33,537 nucleotides of DNA, taken from Octopus bimaculoides (taxonomy: Eukaryota). Positions 23,136 to 33,537 of this stretch are shown piece after piece. Both the position numbers and the translations under genes were made by a program. Under the pieces are notes generated by a model. It was not told the origin of the DNA and did not search any database. It saw only the letters and a list, made by a program, of their open reading frames with translations. The stretch covers positions 8,081,938-8,115,474 of the forward strand of contig NC_068995.1 in assembly GCF_001194135.2 (NCBI RefSeq). Reading direction: 5' to 3'. Numbering within the stretch: the stretch's first letter is position 1; the number at the start of each line of letters is the position of its first letter.

Positions 23136-23678
23136 ACCAGCTCTCCGTCTCCTCAAAATTATTTGATCTGGCAGTCGTGATATTCTTCTTCAACTTGTAC
23201 ACAAGACGATTTATTAGGTTATTAGTATTTTTAGTAATTTAGCAGACTAGTTTCTGTCGCATTTCTTCATTTCTTCCTTTTTAATTCTAATTTATTAATT
23301 AGAATGGTCTTTCACTAATGACTTTTGGTGAAAAAAAAATAGAAATTAAATTAAATAAAAACTAAAAGAACAGCAAAGTAAACAAAAAAATAATACCTGA
23401 AAAAGGGAAAGAAAAATTGAAATGAAATAAAATATAAAATTAAATTAAAATATAGAATTATATTTGAAATAAATAAATAAAAATAAAATATACAACATGA
23501 AATAAAATAATCACAATAATCTGAACAATATCAATTCTCACGAGACGAGGATTGATCCTGTATGCGGCATTTCTTCCAGTCAGAAATAGCAGCGGAATAT
23601 CGACAAGTCACAGGATTATTCTTAGCCGGAAAAAACGCAACAAAACACAGGAAGTAGCATCTGATATTGTTATCATTG

Positions 23679-23720
<42 letters not shown>

Positions 23721-24272
23721 GTACATTGTTTTGTCTTGGTATAAAAGATGGGCTACAGGAAATATTCTGCTCAATACTACGGATTTGCTTCTCAATTGAT
23801 TGACCATAAACAGTTGAGCATGTCACTTGGTGGCCGATGATATGTGCATTTCTGATCACGAGCAGAGGGAGTGGAGGAGCATCATAGCCATGTGTGGAGC
23901 GGAATTCTTTGGGATTTGAATAATTTACCTCTGGAAACATGGCTGTTTTTTTCATCATCCTTAAACAAACCTTATTCAGGGACCTTTTGAGTGAGATGGG
24001 CTACTCGAGCTGACAAAAATTCTAACTAGGCCCCGCTTGCAAGGTCATGCGCTGTTTATCTTGATACGAAATCACCTTATCGCGCACATATGCTTGTCTT
24101 TTGCTTTGTACTTGTAGAATCTGAATCCAAGTCTTACCCACGGAACTAATGAGACAACAAATTAGAAGTTGAAATTGGTGTCTCTTGTCAGACGAGTAGT
24201 CATGATTGGTATATTGGATTTCGTATATTTTACCCCAGTTTCACTTTGATGGCATACACTGCTCTCACACTC
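23721..24272. mobile_element. Unclassified ~550-bp insertion flanked on both sides by (AAT)n
   Basis: Sharp change to mixed composition between (AAT)n 23681-23720 and (AAT)n 24273-24300. No tRNA boxes, TIRs or recognisable ORF. Confidence 0.6.
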
Positions 24273-24297
24273 AATAATAATAATAATAAAAATAATA

Positions 24298-24347
<50 letters not shown>

Positions 24348-25250
24348 TACGATGAACGTAAACAAACAAACGAAGTTTGCTTTTAGAAGCGTTGAGATGT
24401 CTTAGAAAGTTAAAGAAGTGATTTTAAATTCCAAACGCAGGATAATGCTAATAGTATAGCCTGAACAGGATAAGCTATCCCTATTTTGCAGAAAAAAGTG
24501 TTGGCGGCCAGCTATGCAGGCTGAGACAAAAGTCACAAAAGAGTTGAAATATTTAATTCTTTCTTTTTGGAAATTAACTTCTTGTATTTATTTTTACAGG
24601 TACCAAAGGGAAATGTTGGAGATTAAGTGTGAAAAAGTTCACGGTCGGACAGCGAACACAGACAGTGAAATTTACTCTCAAAACAAAGGATGGACATTTT
24701 CCATTAATGAGCATATCGTCACCATTACGGCGCGCGGGTTTTGTAGATTCGGATTAAGGACAGTGAGAAACTTACCGACATATACACAGACAGGAACACA
24801 CGTGTATCCATAATATATATATATACTTTTTTCATATGTGTGTGTGCGTGTGTTTGTGCAAATGCGTATCGAAATAAACCAGTAGAGTATTTCCGAGGAG
24901 AATCTATGATAGTGTGATATAATCAAGGTGTTAGACAAAAATGATGCTGCGGAGACTTACAAAAATATAAAGTATAAAATAAGAAAAAAATATTTTCGAT
25001 ACACCTACAGAGATACACACTCACACACGCACATATATGCATCCTATATGAAGATAGGATTGAGTCTCTGGACAGTGAATCCCAGTTGTAAAAGCAAACA
25101 AATCCTTGCACAACGCGAGTTGTAAATAGTGAGTAAAATTCTCAAATGACTTTCACCTGGCTATAATTTACATTTAAAATCTCTGGAACTGAAATAAATA
25201 CAGCTGGGGATAATATACGATATCATTCTATCGTTATCTGGGCGACTATG

Positions 25251-25631
25251 GTGGTGGCGCAATGGCCCAGTGGTTAGAGCAGCAGACTCGCAGTCGTAGG
25301 ATCGCGGTGTCGATTCCCAAACCGGGCGTTGTGAGAGCTTATCGAGCGAAAACACCTAAAACTCCACGAGGCTCCGGCAAGGGGGTGGTGGCGAACCCTG
25401 CTGTACTCTTTCACCACAACTTTCTCTGACTCTTTCTTCCTGTTTCTGTTGTACCTGCATTTGAAAGGGCCAGCCTTGTCACACTGTGTCACGCTGAATC
25501 TCTCCAGAGAACTACGTTAAGGGTACACGTGTCTCTGGAGTGCTCAGCCACTTGCACGTTAATTTCACAAGCAGGCTGTTCCGTTGATCGGAACAACTGG
25601 AACCTTCATCGTCGTAACCGACGGAGTGCCA
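25251..25631 (+). mobile_element. tRNA(Arg)-derived SINE, family B variant with a different central module
   Basis: Box A TGGCCCAGTGG, anticodon-like arm GACTCGCAGTC (TCG), degenerate box B GTGTCGATTCC. The 3' part is nearly identical to the tails of the 11751 and 19527 copies. Confidence 0.9.
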
Positions 25632-26655
25632 CGTATATATATATGTATGTGTGTGGGTGTGTGCGTGTGTGTTGTGTGTGTGCGCGCGCGCACGTGTGTA
25701 ATCATACAGCAATGAGTACTATAGTCACATATCACACGCTCGATAGTTTCATGGAAGTAGCCTGATATCGAAGTGCAATAAACGCGATAAAATATACTAA
25801 TTAATCATATGTATCATACGGCAGCTGAAACGTCAAGGTGATCACCTGGTCTATGACGTCAAATTCTATTAAATCATACACAACGAATGTCTACATCTAA
25901 ATCCTCCAAATATTATCGCATATTAATTATTCCCACGCGTATATTTCTAAATGGAACGAATGTTAGCTGTTACTAAATTCTTATGTGCCATTCTAATGAT
26001 GTTTACCTAATGCACGCGTAAAATACTATCTATAAACATATAATACCTGGATATATTGGATAATTATTCGTCTTCAAATGAGGTGTTAACCGTGGTTAAT
26101 GTATATGGTGCAATATATTATATTATAGTTTTATATGTTTCTGAATTCCAGTGAGGATGTTCATCATGCGCAGATGATTTATAACCGAATCATTCGCGTG
26201 CAGTTTACATAGTAGATATGAAAAATAGATTGTGTAGGAAAGTTAGGTGTAACTACGTGTTAGTGCGACTCCATTCCGTTTCATCAGCTTAGTTCAGCGT
26301 TCGTATCTTCAGGCGCTTTTAAATAGTGAGACATCCAATGTGATTGATCGACAGCGATGTTTTGCACCAGGTATGGGCTCTTTGTTCCCGAAAAGCAGGC
26401 TGGCTGAAACATAGCTTATTATCAGGCCAGTTGCACTACTACAAAAGCTCAATGCATTGTGTGCCGTTCCGAAGGTTGCACACGCCCAAGGTTGCTCATG
26501 GTTTTTTTTTACGTTGTTTAAATGGTTCGATTTTACTCCTTTCCAAATCAGTCTTCAGGTGATTTTTCAACCATTTCTAGAACTGAGAGAAAATCATCTG
26601 CATCATAACACCGAATCTTGTTCTCCAGTTAGTCAAGATTATAATATAACTAAAA

Positions 26656-26873
26656 GGGACGAGCTGGCAAAATCGCTAGCATGCCGGACAATGTACTTAG
26701 CGGTATTTTGTCAGCATCTTTGTTCATATTTCAGATCTGCTGATGTAGACTTTGCCTTTCGTCCTTTTGGGGGTCGAACAATAAGTACCAGTCGAATACT
26801 GGAGTGGATGTAATTAACTGAGCCCTTTTTCCTAAAGTTTCAGACATTGTCTTTATGCTAGAAAAGATTATTA
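26656..26873 (+). mobile_element. SINE family A, copy 1 of a head-to-tail triplet
   Basis: GAGCTGGCAAAATCGCTAGC...GGGGTCGAACAATAAGTACCAG...AGAAAAGATTATTA. Confidence 0.85.
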
Positions 26874-27094
26874 GGCGTGACGGGCTGGAAGAATCGTTAG
26901 AATCGCCAGACAAAGTACTAAACCCCATTTCTTCTTCACATCCTGAATTCGAATTCCACCTAATTCATCTTTACAATTCATCCATTCGAGGTCGATAAAA
27001 TAAGTACCAGTTGAGCCCTGGAGAAGATTTAATCCATTCACCCATCCTTAAAAGCAAAATTTCAGATCACGTACCTGGAGTAGAAAAGATCATT
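26874..27094 (+). mobile_element. SINE family A, copy 2 of the triplet
   Basis: GGGCTGGAAGAATCGTTAG...GAGGTCGATAAAATAAGTACCAGTTGAG...TAGAAAAGATCATT. Confidence 0.8.
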
Positions 27095-27097
27095 CAA

Positions 27098-27211
27098 GGC
27101 AGCGAGGTCATATAATCATTAGCACATGGAACAAAATGCTTAGCACCATTTCGTCCGTCTTTTCCCCTCATTCCAAATGTCAGGCCTTGTGCCAATCATA
27201 GAAAGGATTAT
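27098..27211 (+). mobile_element. SINE family A, copy 3 of the triplet, internally deleted
   Basis: Head AATCATTAGCAC..AAATGCTTAGC..ATTTCGTCCGTCTTT joined directly to the tail CAGGCCTTGTGCC..AGAAAGGATTAT. Confidence 0.75.
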
Positions 27212-27368
27212 AACATAACCGGCCAAAGAGTCTCAGAGCAAAGTCCGCACAGGATAGGTGAGCCAGACCATCTTACTTTGAGCAATAGGTGTTCACTATC
27301 ATATAACTGGAGTAAACAACGTTGCCGCGAGAGCAACACTCCCTACTAACAGGAATTATATCTGTTTA

Positions 27369-27586
27369 CATTAATGCCCCTCTATATCGCGATTCACCTA
27401 TCACGGTTTATTATTTAAGCTTACGTCGGTTCCTCCGTGATGCTATTTTGCATTTATAATAAAATTAATATATACAAATTATAAAGATAATCAAAAAACA
27501 TATACAGTACAGTTTCTACTTCGCGGATTTTCTCCTATCGCGGAATAATTTGGAACGTAACACCCGCGATAGTCGAGGGATTATTG
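27369..27586. mobile_element. Tigger/pogo-like MITE (Tc1/mariner superfamily), 218 bp, TA target-site duplication
   Basis: Imperfect TIRs TA|CATTAATGCCCCTCTATATCGCG and CGCGATAGTCGAGGGATTATTG|TA. Subterminal CTATCGCGG/CTATCACGG motifs and GGAACGTAACACCCGCGA are typical of Tigger ends. Confidence 0.8.
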
Positions 27587-28517
27587 TATTCCTATATAGA
27601 AGGGATACAATGTAGCTGCTGTTAGTGCACCGAACACTCATTTACGATTCATATAAGTGTACGTATATAACTGTGCATGTGTGCTTAAATGTGTGTATGC
27701 GTACATGTGAATCCAGTAACCTTAGTGACTGATTTATGTGTTACTCCGTAAGTGTAAGTTTGTCCATATATATATGAGGGTGCATGTTTTAGTACGGAGT
27801 AATTAGAGCGTGTGTGAAACTATATTCCAGCGTCGGTATCAACGTATAGAGACATGATTGGATGTGTGTGCATGTAAATGTATGAGTGATACGTGTTCAG
27901 AGAATAACACAACAAGCCTCACCTCCTTACCCTCTTCACACACACACACGCACACATACACACACAGGCATACACACACACACAGATAAACTGTCACATA
28001 TAAAGTGTCACATTCTATAACTAATTGCTACGTGTCTTCTGTTATCTGTGCTACAACGAAAACGAATGCTATGAAGGACTATATTGCGGGTTTTTCGTCA
28101 CACTCTTCTTCCCATCTCTTACGCTCATATTTCGCCCACTTACTTTCGATCCATCTCCCTCTAACTCTCCCCTTCATTTCATTACAAAGTATATTACTTT
28201 GAAAATTAAATTATTGAATGTCATGTTGGGAAAATTATCTGAAATGATATTGTATATTTTATTCCATCATTAAATTTCCAACAAATGGCCATTTTCTATA
28301 TTGATATATAAAGCCGTTTGCATCAGTTGTTGCCAACAGAGCTTAAATGTATATTATGATTTAGAAAACTGAGGCTGAGTTTTATATATGTGTGTGAGTG
28401 TGTGTAGGGTTGGTGAGGTGGGCTAAGGGCTAGAAGAAGCCATAATGTTCACATCAACATAAACCATGTACTTGAATGTTTTAAAATTCATTTCCTGCAC
28501 GAAATTACAATTTGTTC

Positions 28518-28518
28518 C

Positions 28519-28551
<33 letters not shown>

Positions 28552-28883
28552 GATTATGGTTATCATCATCATCATCATCATCATTATTATTATTATTATT
28601 ATTATAGTAGGCTTCTTTCTATAATGCTCTGGTATGTATGTCGGTGTTTGTTTACATTTGTCGTTTTGTCTTCCAAACAGACTTCCAGTAGAACCCGCCA
28701 CCATTAAACACTGCCAACAGTAACTGACTCCCACCCCACCAGCACCAGCATCACCATCATCACCATCACCATCACCGCCGCAAACAATGGTTTTATAATT
28801 TCTACACGTAATGTCCTCTAAATCCGTCGTACTTGAGGCAATAAGATAAATCATTCTTCATCTTCTTCTTCACCTTCTTCTTG

Positions 28884-28935
<52 letters not shown>

Positions 28936-29035
28936 AAAATTATTCCTATTATTACCATCATTATTATCATCATCATTATTATCATCATCGTCATGTTCAT
29001 CATCTTTTCGTCATCATCATCATCATCATCATCAT
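28518..29035. repeat. Trinucleotide microsatellite mosaic (ATT, CAT, CAC, CTT)
   Basis: Read directly from the sequence. Confidence 0.9.
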
Positions 29036-29828
29036 CGTGAACATTGTTTTGTGTACGTTTCGGTTATGGCTTCGGAAATAACTTGAAGCGGTGAGGATGC
29101 TGGTCGTGTGTGTGTGTGCGTGTGTGTGAGTGAGCGGTGATGGTGGTGATGTTGGTGGTGGTGCTATGTGAAAATAAAATAAATACACATTATTTTGGCT
29201 TTTGTAACATAACAGGGGTATTTATAAAGATATTATTGTGGTTAGTTCAAAATGCCAAACTAATAACGCAAGACGTAGGACGGAAATAAGGAAGGTCTAT
29301 TATTTGATAATTTTATAGCTTCTATTAAATGCTTGAGTATAATTTTCACTTAGCCTCTTGAGGACTGCATGTATATAGACACATTGCAAAACATATACAT
29401 ATTTAAACACAAAAACATACGTATGTTAGATATATAAACAAGGATGCGTATATGTATTAGATATACATATATACATAAATATTTTATATCAATATAATTA
29501 ATTTTTATATGGTTTCTAACAAAATTTGTTAACAATAGAATCGTTGGTCAAGGTTTTATAACTATAGGCCACGTACTGTTCGTTTTATTTGTAGCGGCAA
29601 GAGTGAGAAGTGGCAAGGAAGTACTTGCACGTGAGAAGTTGTAAGGAAGTGTTTGCACTTCAGTGTGGAACAAATATCTCAATGTATCCGTTGAAAACAT
29701 TGCCTTGAGTTTCACTGGCTTCACGTCCTCACATCAAGGATCAAGAATATGAAAGTGTGCGCAATGGTTGTGTATATGATACACACACACACAGACACAC
29801 ACATACACACGGTACACACTGACACACA

Positions 29829-30216
29829 TTTCTCGTTTGCATTTAGGTTTGCTGGACCACAGCCTTTAGTCAAACAAATCGACCTCAGGACTTACTTTGT
29901 AAGCCTAGTACTTATTCTATCGGTCTCTTTTGCCGAACCGCTAGTTTACGGGGACGCAAACACACCAACGTTGGTTGNNNNNNNNNNNNNNNNNNNNNNN
30001 NNNNNNNNNNNNNNNNNNNNNTTGTCAAACGATGATGGGGGGGGGGTCAAACACAGACACACACACAAACACACGTGTACGACGAGCTTCTATCAAATCT
30101 CCTCACTAAGATTTGGAAGGCTCGAAGCTATAGTAGAAAACACTTGACCAAGGTGCTCAAAGTGGAACTGAACCCGAAGCCATATTGTTGGGAAACAAGC
30201 TTCTTACCACACAGGC
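29829..30216 (-). mobile_element. SINE family C, interrupted by a short N gap
   Basis: Minus-strand head GCCTGTGTGGTAAGAAGCTTGTTTCCCAAC..GGGTTCAGTTCC, CORE-like CACCTTGGTCAAGTGTTTTCTACTATAGC, 3' part CGGTTCGGCAAAAGAGACCGATAGAATAAGTACTAGG. Confidence 0.88.
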
Positions 30217-30759
30217 ATTATTATTATTATTAAAGTTGTCTTTCATTTAAATAATTTCATATATTTATTTATATTGAGTACTTTTATTCTAAGATACGCT
30301 TCAGCCCTATGGGTGCGACCATGCTTCGGCATCGCCAGTATATATTTATAATGTTATACATCCTCATAGTCACACGCAGGCAAACACATACACACAATCG
30401 GTCACACATGTGCACAGTCACATACACACATGCATGTGTTAGTATGTGTCTAGAGAGGTTCGACAGCGTTCTAGTCTCTCACATTCCCCGACGAAGAATT
30501 TCCGAACACGAAGCTTTGATGGAATTCGCCCACCGCCTCGAGCTACGGCGCAGTAGGAATGGACTTTGTAACCTCGTATTGTCTGCAAGACAATCGTGTC
30601 AACCATCAACCCATGACTGCTATTATTTATAAAGACGCTCACAATGGAAAACAACTGCAAGAAGAATATTCTAAGACTGCTGCGGTAATATAAAGATAAT
30701 GGGAGTGTGTATGAATGAGAGAGAGAGAGAGAGATAATGTCTAATTCAACTGACGTCTG

Positions 30760-30880
30760 TTTTGCATGTTTTTGTTCGAGATCGATACAATAAAGTACCA
30801 TGTTAGTACTAGGATCAATTCAATCGACTAACACCTTCTAAAATTGATTGCTTTTCTGCCAAAATTTGAAACCGCCATTA
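30760..30880 (+). mobile_element. 3' half of a SINE family A copy
   Basis: GATCGATACAATAAAGTACCA...AATCGACT...GCCAAAATTTGAAACC matches the 3' half of the 7849 copy. Confidence 0.6.
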
Positions 30881-31891
30881 TAGTGGGCAATCTGGAAAGC
30901 ACCATTATAGGAGAAAAGTTGCTCTTCGCTGTTGGTTCCGAATTTTAATGATTTTGCTGTTCTGCGTTGAAATCCTATCGAGCCCATCTTTACATTCCTC
31001 CGTTCAGGGAACGCTAAAAGTAAGCCCCAATCAAGTACTGTGGGTGACCCTCATGTAAGTTTGAAACTTTGGGTTTTTGTAAGAAATCAATATTCGATAG
31101 CTTAAATATGTCCATTAGAAAATTCAGATTTTATGTTCGAAGCCGCTTGATATTGTATTCCTTTTTCAATATCACATATATAATGTATGTTACCAAACGC
31201 TACAAATCTGAGGGGTTTCGTCTAAAGGAAGATAATTCAAAGTATTTTCGAGTTAAGAAATACAGCATCCCCCTCAGAGAAGCGAAACGAAATATTCCCG
31301 GCAATAAAACGTCTGCGACAGAAAACTATATTTATCGGTCATTTTCTCTATCCAATGTCATATATGCCTCCACTTCCGAATCGACATACTACGGCCAACC
31401 GAATGTATCTATTCAAATGCGGTAAAATGTATTTGCTGATTAGAAAAATCATCTGACAAGGTAGACAAAATTCAAACTTTTGTATTTGCAGCCGGTTAAT
31501 AATGTAAATATTATCAATAACACATATTTAATATATTTGTGTTAGAAAACGCGGCAAAAATGAGGTATTTCGTCAAAGGAAGCCTCATTTAAATAGGTAT
31601 CTTGTTAAAAAACGATACGTCTTTCCTTAAAAGAAATAGCGCATCACTGTAGCGTTCACTAATGCATATACATTAAATATGAGATATTGATAATGTACTT
31701 TATATATTTATCTCGCGAAGGTGATGGTGTGAGGTTAAGAATATAGAGCATCAACTGCATGGTTCCGTTTGCGAATTGTATGTATGTAGACGTTGTGTGT
31801 ATGGGTGTATGCGTGTATGTGTTTGTCTGTGTGAGTGTATGAATGGTGTGTGTGTGTGTGTGTGTGNNNNNNNNNNTGTGAGTGTATGAAT

Positions 31892-31939
<48 letters not shown>

Positions 31940-32399
31940 TTTGTGTGTGTGTGTGTGTGAGTGTGTGTACCACTCAATTTGCTGATGTGATATTATGTAT
32001 ATGTGTATCTAGTCGAACACGCATTGCGCTTACATGGAAGCTGAAGGTAAAGCAGCAAGTGTTTGATGTTTCAGTAAGAGTAACAGCAGGTACAGTAGCG
32101 GTAGCGGTAGCAGCAGCAGCAGCAGCGGCAGCAGCAACAACAATAGCGGGAGACCACCAGCGTATCTTGCTAAATTAATAATGGCAAATTGAGACGTTAA
32201 TTATGAACATCTGTGAGGCTAATTAGTAAATATTAAAGAAAACGGCAACCGTTATAACGACAACAATAACAATAAAAATGCAATGAAGAAAATAAACGGC
32301 AACAAAAATAATGTGTTAAATAAATGCATGCGCACATACACAGCCATCCATCCATATACATATATGTATATACAGACAAATATTTACATATATATGTAC

Positions 32400-32455
32400 A
32401 TATACATGTATGTCTATGTATACAATATATATATATGTATACAATATATATGTAT

Positions 32456-32511
<56 letters not shown>

Positions 32512-32831
32512 TATACATACATACATATATATCGATATATATATATATATATATATGTATATACATGAATGCGTGTCTGTGTGTGTGTGTATAGAATCGT
32601 TAAATAGAAAAAGTAATCAACGTCGACGTTTTTGTTGTTGTTGTTGCTGTTGGTGTCATGATAGTAGAGGTGTTGTTGTCGTTGTTGCTGTCGCCGTAAC
32701 TGTTACAACAATGTGCTAAGTGTGAAGACACCAATAACATGCGAGACAAACACAGCCACCTACGTTACAACCTCCACCACCACCACCACCACAACCACCA
32801 CCACTAACAACAACAGCAACAACAGCAACAG

Positions 32832-32881
<50 letters not shown>

Positions 32882-32885
32882 GAGT
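32400..32885. repeat. (TA)n followed by (GTT)n/(CAC)n/(CTA)n microsatellites
   Basis: Read directly from the sequence. Confidence 0.9.
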
Positions 32886-33397
32886 GGCGGTAAGGTATGA
32901 CGACCACGATGTCATTATTAATACGAATAGAATGCGAAGAAAAGCCGAATGGATAAAGCAGCGATAGTTTCAACGTGATCCCTCGGTCTGTTTTGAAAAT
33001 AGCGGTTAAAACCTATCAAATTCACCCGATATATGTAGGGTCTCCTGTGGTCAAAATTGAACTTATAATCTACATACAGTTGTGCAGGCCTGGGCGAAGT
33101 TAGCAGGGGCGCATGTGAACAAAACTCTCATCAATGCCACCGATGCTTTTCCAGAAGAAATATCACCGATTGAGGCCGATACAACTTAGCAGAAGTGTCA
33201 AGGAAGATGGTGTGGTCGAACGCAAAAACTTGGGTCGCAATCCCTCAAGGCATCTGCGCTTGACATTTTCATTTTAACACTCTTGTCATCTACCGCCGTG
33301 GGTTAGCTCTTCTGTTGTCTGTTCAAAACGGAAGACACACCAAGATGACATCTGCCACATGTGAACTCAAATTGCCAGAACAATTATTAGGAAACGC

Positions 33398-33474
33398 TGT
33401 GTGCAATGATCTAATGATTCGGCTCACTTATGTTTTGATATATATGGAGTCGAATCATTAGCCGAGTGTGCATA
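33398..33474 (+). ncRNA. Pri-miRNA-like hairpin (candidate)
   Basis: 15-bp stem 33411-33425/33447-33461 with one G:U, plus an in-register lower stem 33398-33407/33465-33474. Confidence 0.3.
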
Positions 33475-33537
33475 ATGTCGGTGAACTGGTTTCCCGTTCG
33501 TCGGACGAACGGGAACGTGAAACTCTGAGTAGCAGTA

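Noticed and set aside
23721-24272. Hammerhead ribozyme or retrozyme in the (AAT)n-flanked element
   Set aside because: By eye I found no intact CUGANGA core paired with a stem II-GAAA on either strand in this copy.
25251-25330. tRNA-Arg gene, and tRNA-like sequences at 19527, 12000-12068 and 6270-6338
   Set aside because: These are SINE heads. Boxes and stems are degenerate and each continues into a shared SINE body.
31069-31425. 118-aa + strand ORF
   Set aside because: Starts at TTG, has no recognisable domain, and has no supporting gene signals.
1-33537. CRISPR array, rRNA, operon or other prokaryotic system
   Set aside because: No regularly spaced repeat-spacer array or gene-dense region; the repeats are SINEs and microsatellites in intron-like DNA.

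Overview
Eukaryotic, AT-rich, microsatellite-saturated and gappy genomic DNA. The SINE and mariner families look like those of octopus (cephalopod) genomes. Most listed ORFs are artefacts of di-/tri-nucleotide repeats or N gaps. The window appears to be mostly intronic sequence of a minus-strand gene. It has one clear 117-bp Gly-X-Y collagen exon (12317-12433, phase 1-1), candidate micro-exons just upstream, and two to three phase-1 exons near the left end that would encode a divergent fibronectin type III-like domain. The introns hold about 14 tRNA-derived SINE copies or fragments from three families, including head-to-tail arrays. They also hold two mariner remnants, a Tigger-like MITE, and two 5'-truncated R4/Dong-type retrotransposon ends (restriction-like endonuclease, RLE) sitting at (TAA)n tracts. 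One further unexplained ~550-bp element is flanked by (AAT)n on both sides. A pri-miRNA-like hairpin lies at the right end. There are no prokaryotic features, CRISPR arrays or true tRNA/rRNA genes.
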